This document shows, piece after piece, positions 31,236-32,000 of a stretch of 32,000 nt of DNA (within the stretch, counting starts at the first letter, position 1; each line of letters opens with the position of its first letter). The translations under genes were made by a program, and so were the position numbers. Origin of the DNA: Sulfolobus acidocaldarius DSM 639. GTDB taxonomy: Archaea; Thermoproteota; Thermoprotei_A; Sulfolobales; Sulfolobaceae. Under the pieces are notes generated by a model that was given only the letters and a program-made list of their open reading frames with translations, ran no database searches and was not told the DNA's origin. The stretch is from NCBI RefSeq assembly GCF_000012285.1, contig NC_007181.1, positions 30,001-62,000 on the forward strand, read 5' to 3'.

Positions 31236-32000
31236 ATGGATCTTGAAGGGATTGCTAGAAAATTAATTCCTGATCTAGAGAGCGCTAGACGGAAAATAGA
31301 GGAGGAGATCTCGTTCTACAAGGATAACAGGTATCCTTTCATAAAGGAATTGGTAGACGCAGTAGTTGAAGAGGCAAGGAGATCCCTTGAGGCAGAAAAT
31401 AAAGATAAATTACTTAAGTATCCCGTTACGGGAGTCAGAGCAGGAGAAGCAGGTCTTGGTTCTAGGGGTATAGGTGATCATATAGTTCACGAAAAAATAC
31501 TTCAACTTAGTAAACTAGGGGTATATGAAGACGCAAGAGTCACAGAAGAGGGGATACTTGCCTCAATAGACGGTATCCATTCTAGGCTTTCGTATTTCCC
31601 TTTTCTTGCTGGCTTTCATGCAACGAGAGCATCGTTAAGAGATGTTATGGTGAAAGGTGGAAGACCAATAGGGATACTCATCGACATACATTTATCTGAT
31701 GATAGTGATGTAGGGATGTTATTGGACTTTGAGGCCGGTGTATTATCAGTTGCAGAGTCGCTTAATGTGCCTATTCTCTCGGGTAGTACACTAAGAATTG
31801 GGGGAGATCTTGTAATAGGTGAGAGAATTAGTGGAGGAGTTGGTGCGATAGGTGTGATACATAAAAAGTACTTTGGAAGGAACTCGATTAAGCAGAATAT
31901 GGATATTGTAATGACAGAGGGATCTGGAGGAGGAACGATTGCTACAACTGCAATATATAATGGGTATTACGACGTGGTAAGAGAGACTATTTCTATTAAA
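31236..32000 (+). CDS. AIR-synthase/selenophosphate-synthetase-related protein (partial, runs off the right edge)
   Basis: ATG at 31236; MDLEGIARKLIPDLESARRKIEEEISFYKDNRYPFIKE...LGSRGIGDHIVHEK...ASLRDVMVKGGRPIGILIDIHLSDDSD...VPILSGSTLRIGG. Open to the window end and absent from the supplied ORF track. Confidence 0.8.
   Translation, partial: MDLEGIARKLIPDLESARRKIEEEISFYKDNRYPFIKELVDAVVEEARRSLEAENKDKLLKYPVTGVRAGEAGLGSRGIGDHIVHEKILQLSKLGVYEDARVTEEGILASIDGIHSRLSYFPFLAGFHATRASLRDVMVKGGRPIGILIDIHLSDDSDVGMLLDFEAGVLSVAESLNVPILSGSTLRIGGDLVIGERISGGVGAIGVIHKKYFGRNSIKQNMDIVMTEGSGGGTIATTAIYNGYYDVVRETISIK

Overview
Crenarchaeal chromosomal window. The 66-aa ORF at 18401..18601 matches my memory of Sac7d exactly, so the source is very probably Sulfolobus acidocaldarius. 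Most of the window is dense housekeeping sequence: a nurA-rad50-mre11-herA operon, a second Rad50/SMC-like gene with degenerate ATPase motifs, a Fur-family regulator, NAD(P)HX repair enzyme, Bcp peroxiredoxin, archaeal PEP carboxylase, MeaB-like GTPase plus B12-binding mutase subunit, LysRS, an M50 protease, an overlapping NTase/unknown/radical-SAM trio, Pelota, RimI, DNA polymerase B3, DnaG, TyrRS and YjbQ. RNA genes are tRNA-Pro(UGG), intron-containing tRNA-Trp(CCA), and two unlisted C/D box guide sRNA candidates found by motif reading (12139..12187 and 19055..19104). Other notable signals are a 141-bp perfect direct repeat making a duplicated helical (possibly rubrerythrin-like) protein, a 51-bp perfect tandem repeat in the rad50 coiled coil, a GC-rich hairpin of unknown function between convergent genes at 4704..4766, a 19-bp inverted repeat upstream of the Fur-family gene, and a partial AIR-synthase-like gene running off the right edge that is missing from the ORF track. 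I see no mobile element, CRISPR array or obvious defence island.
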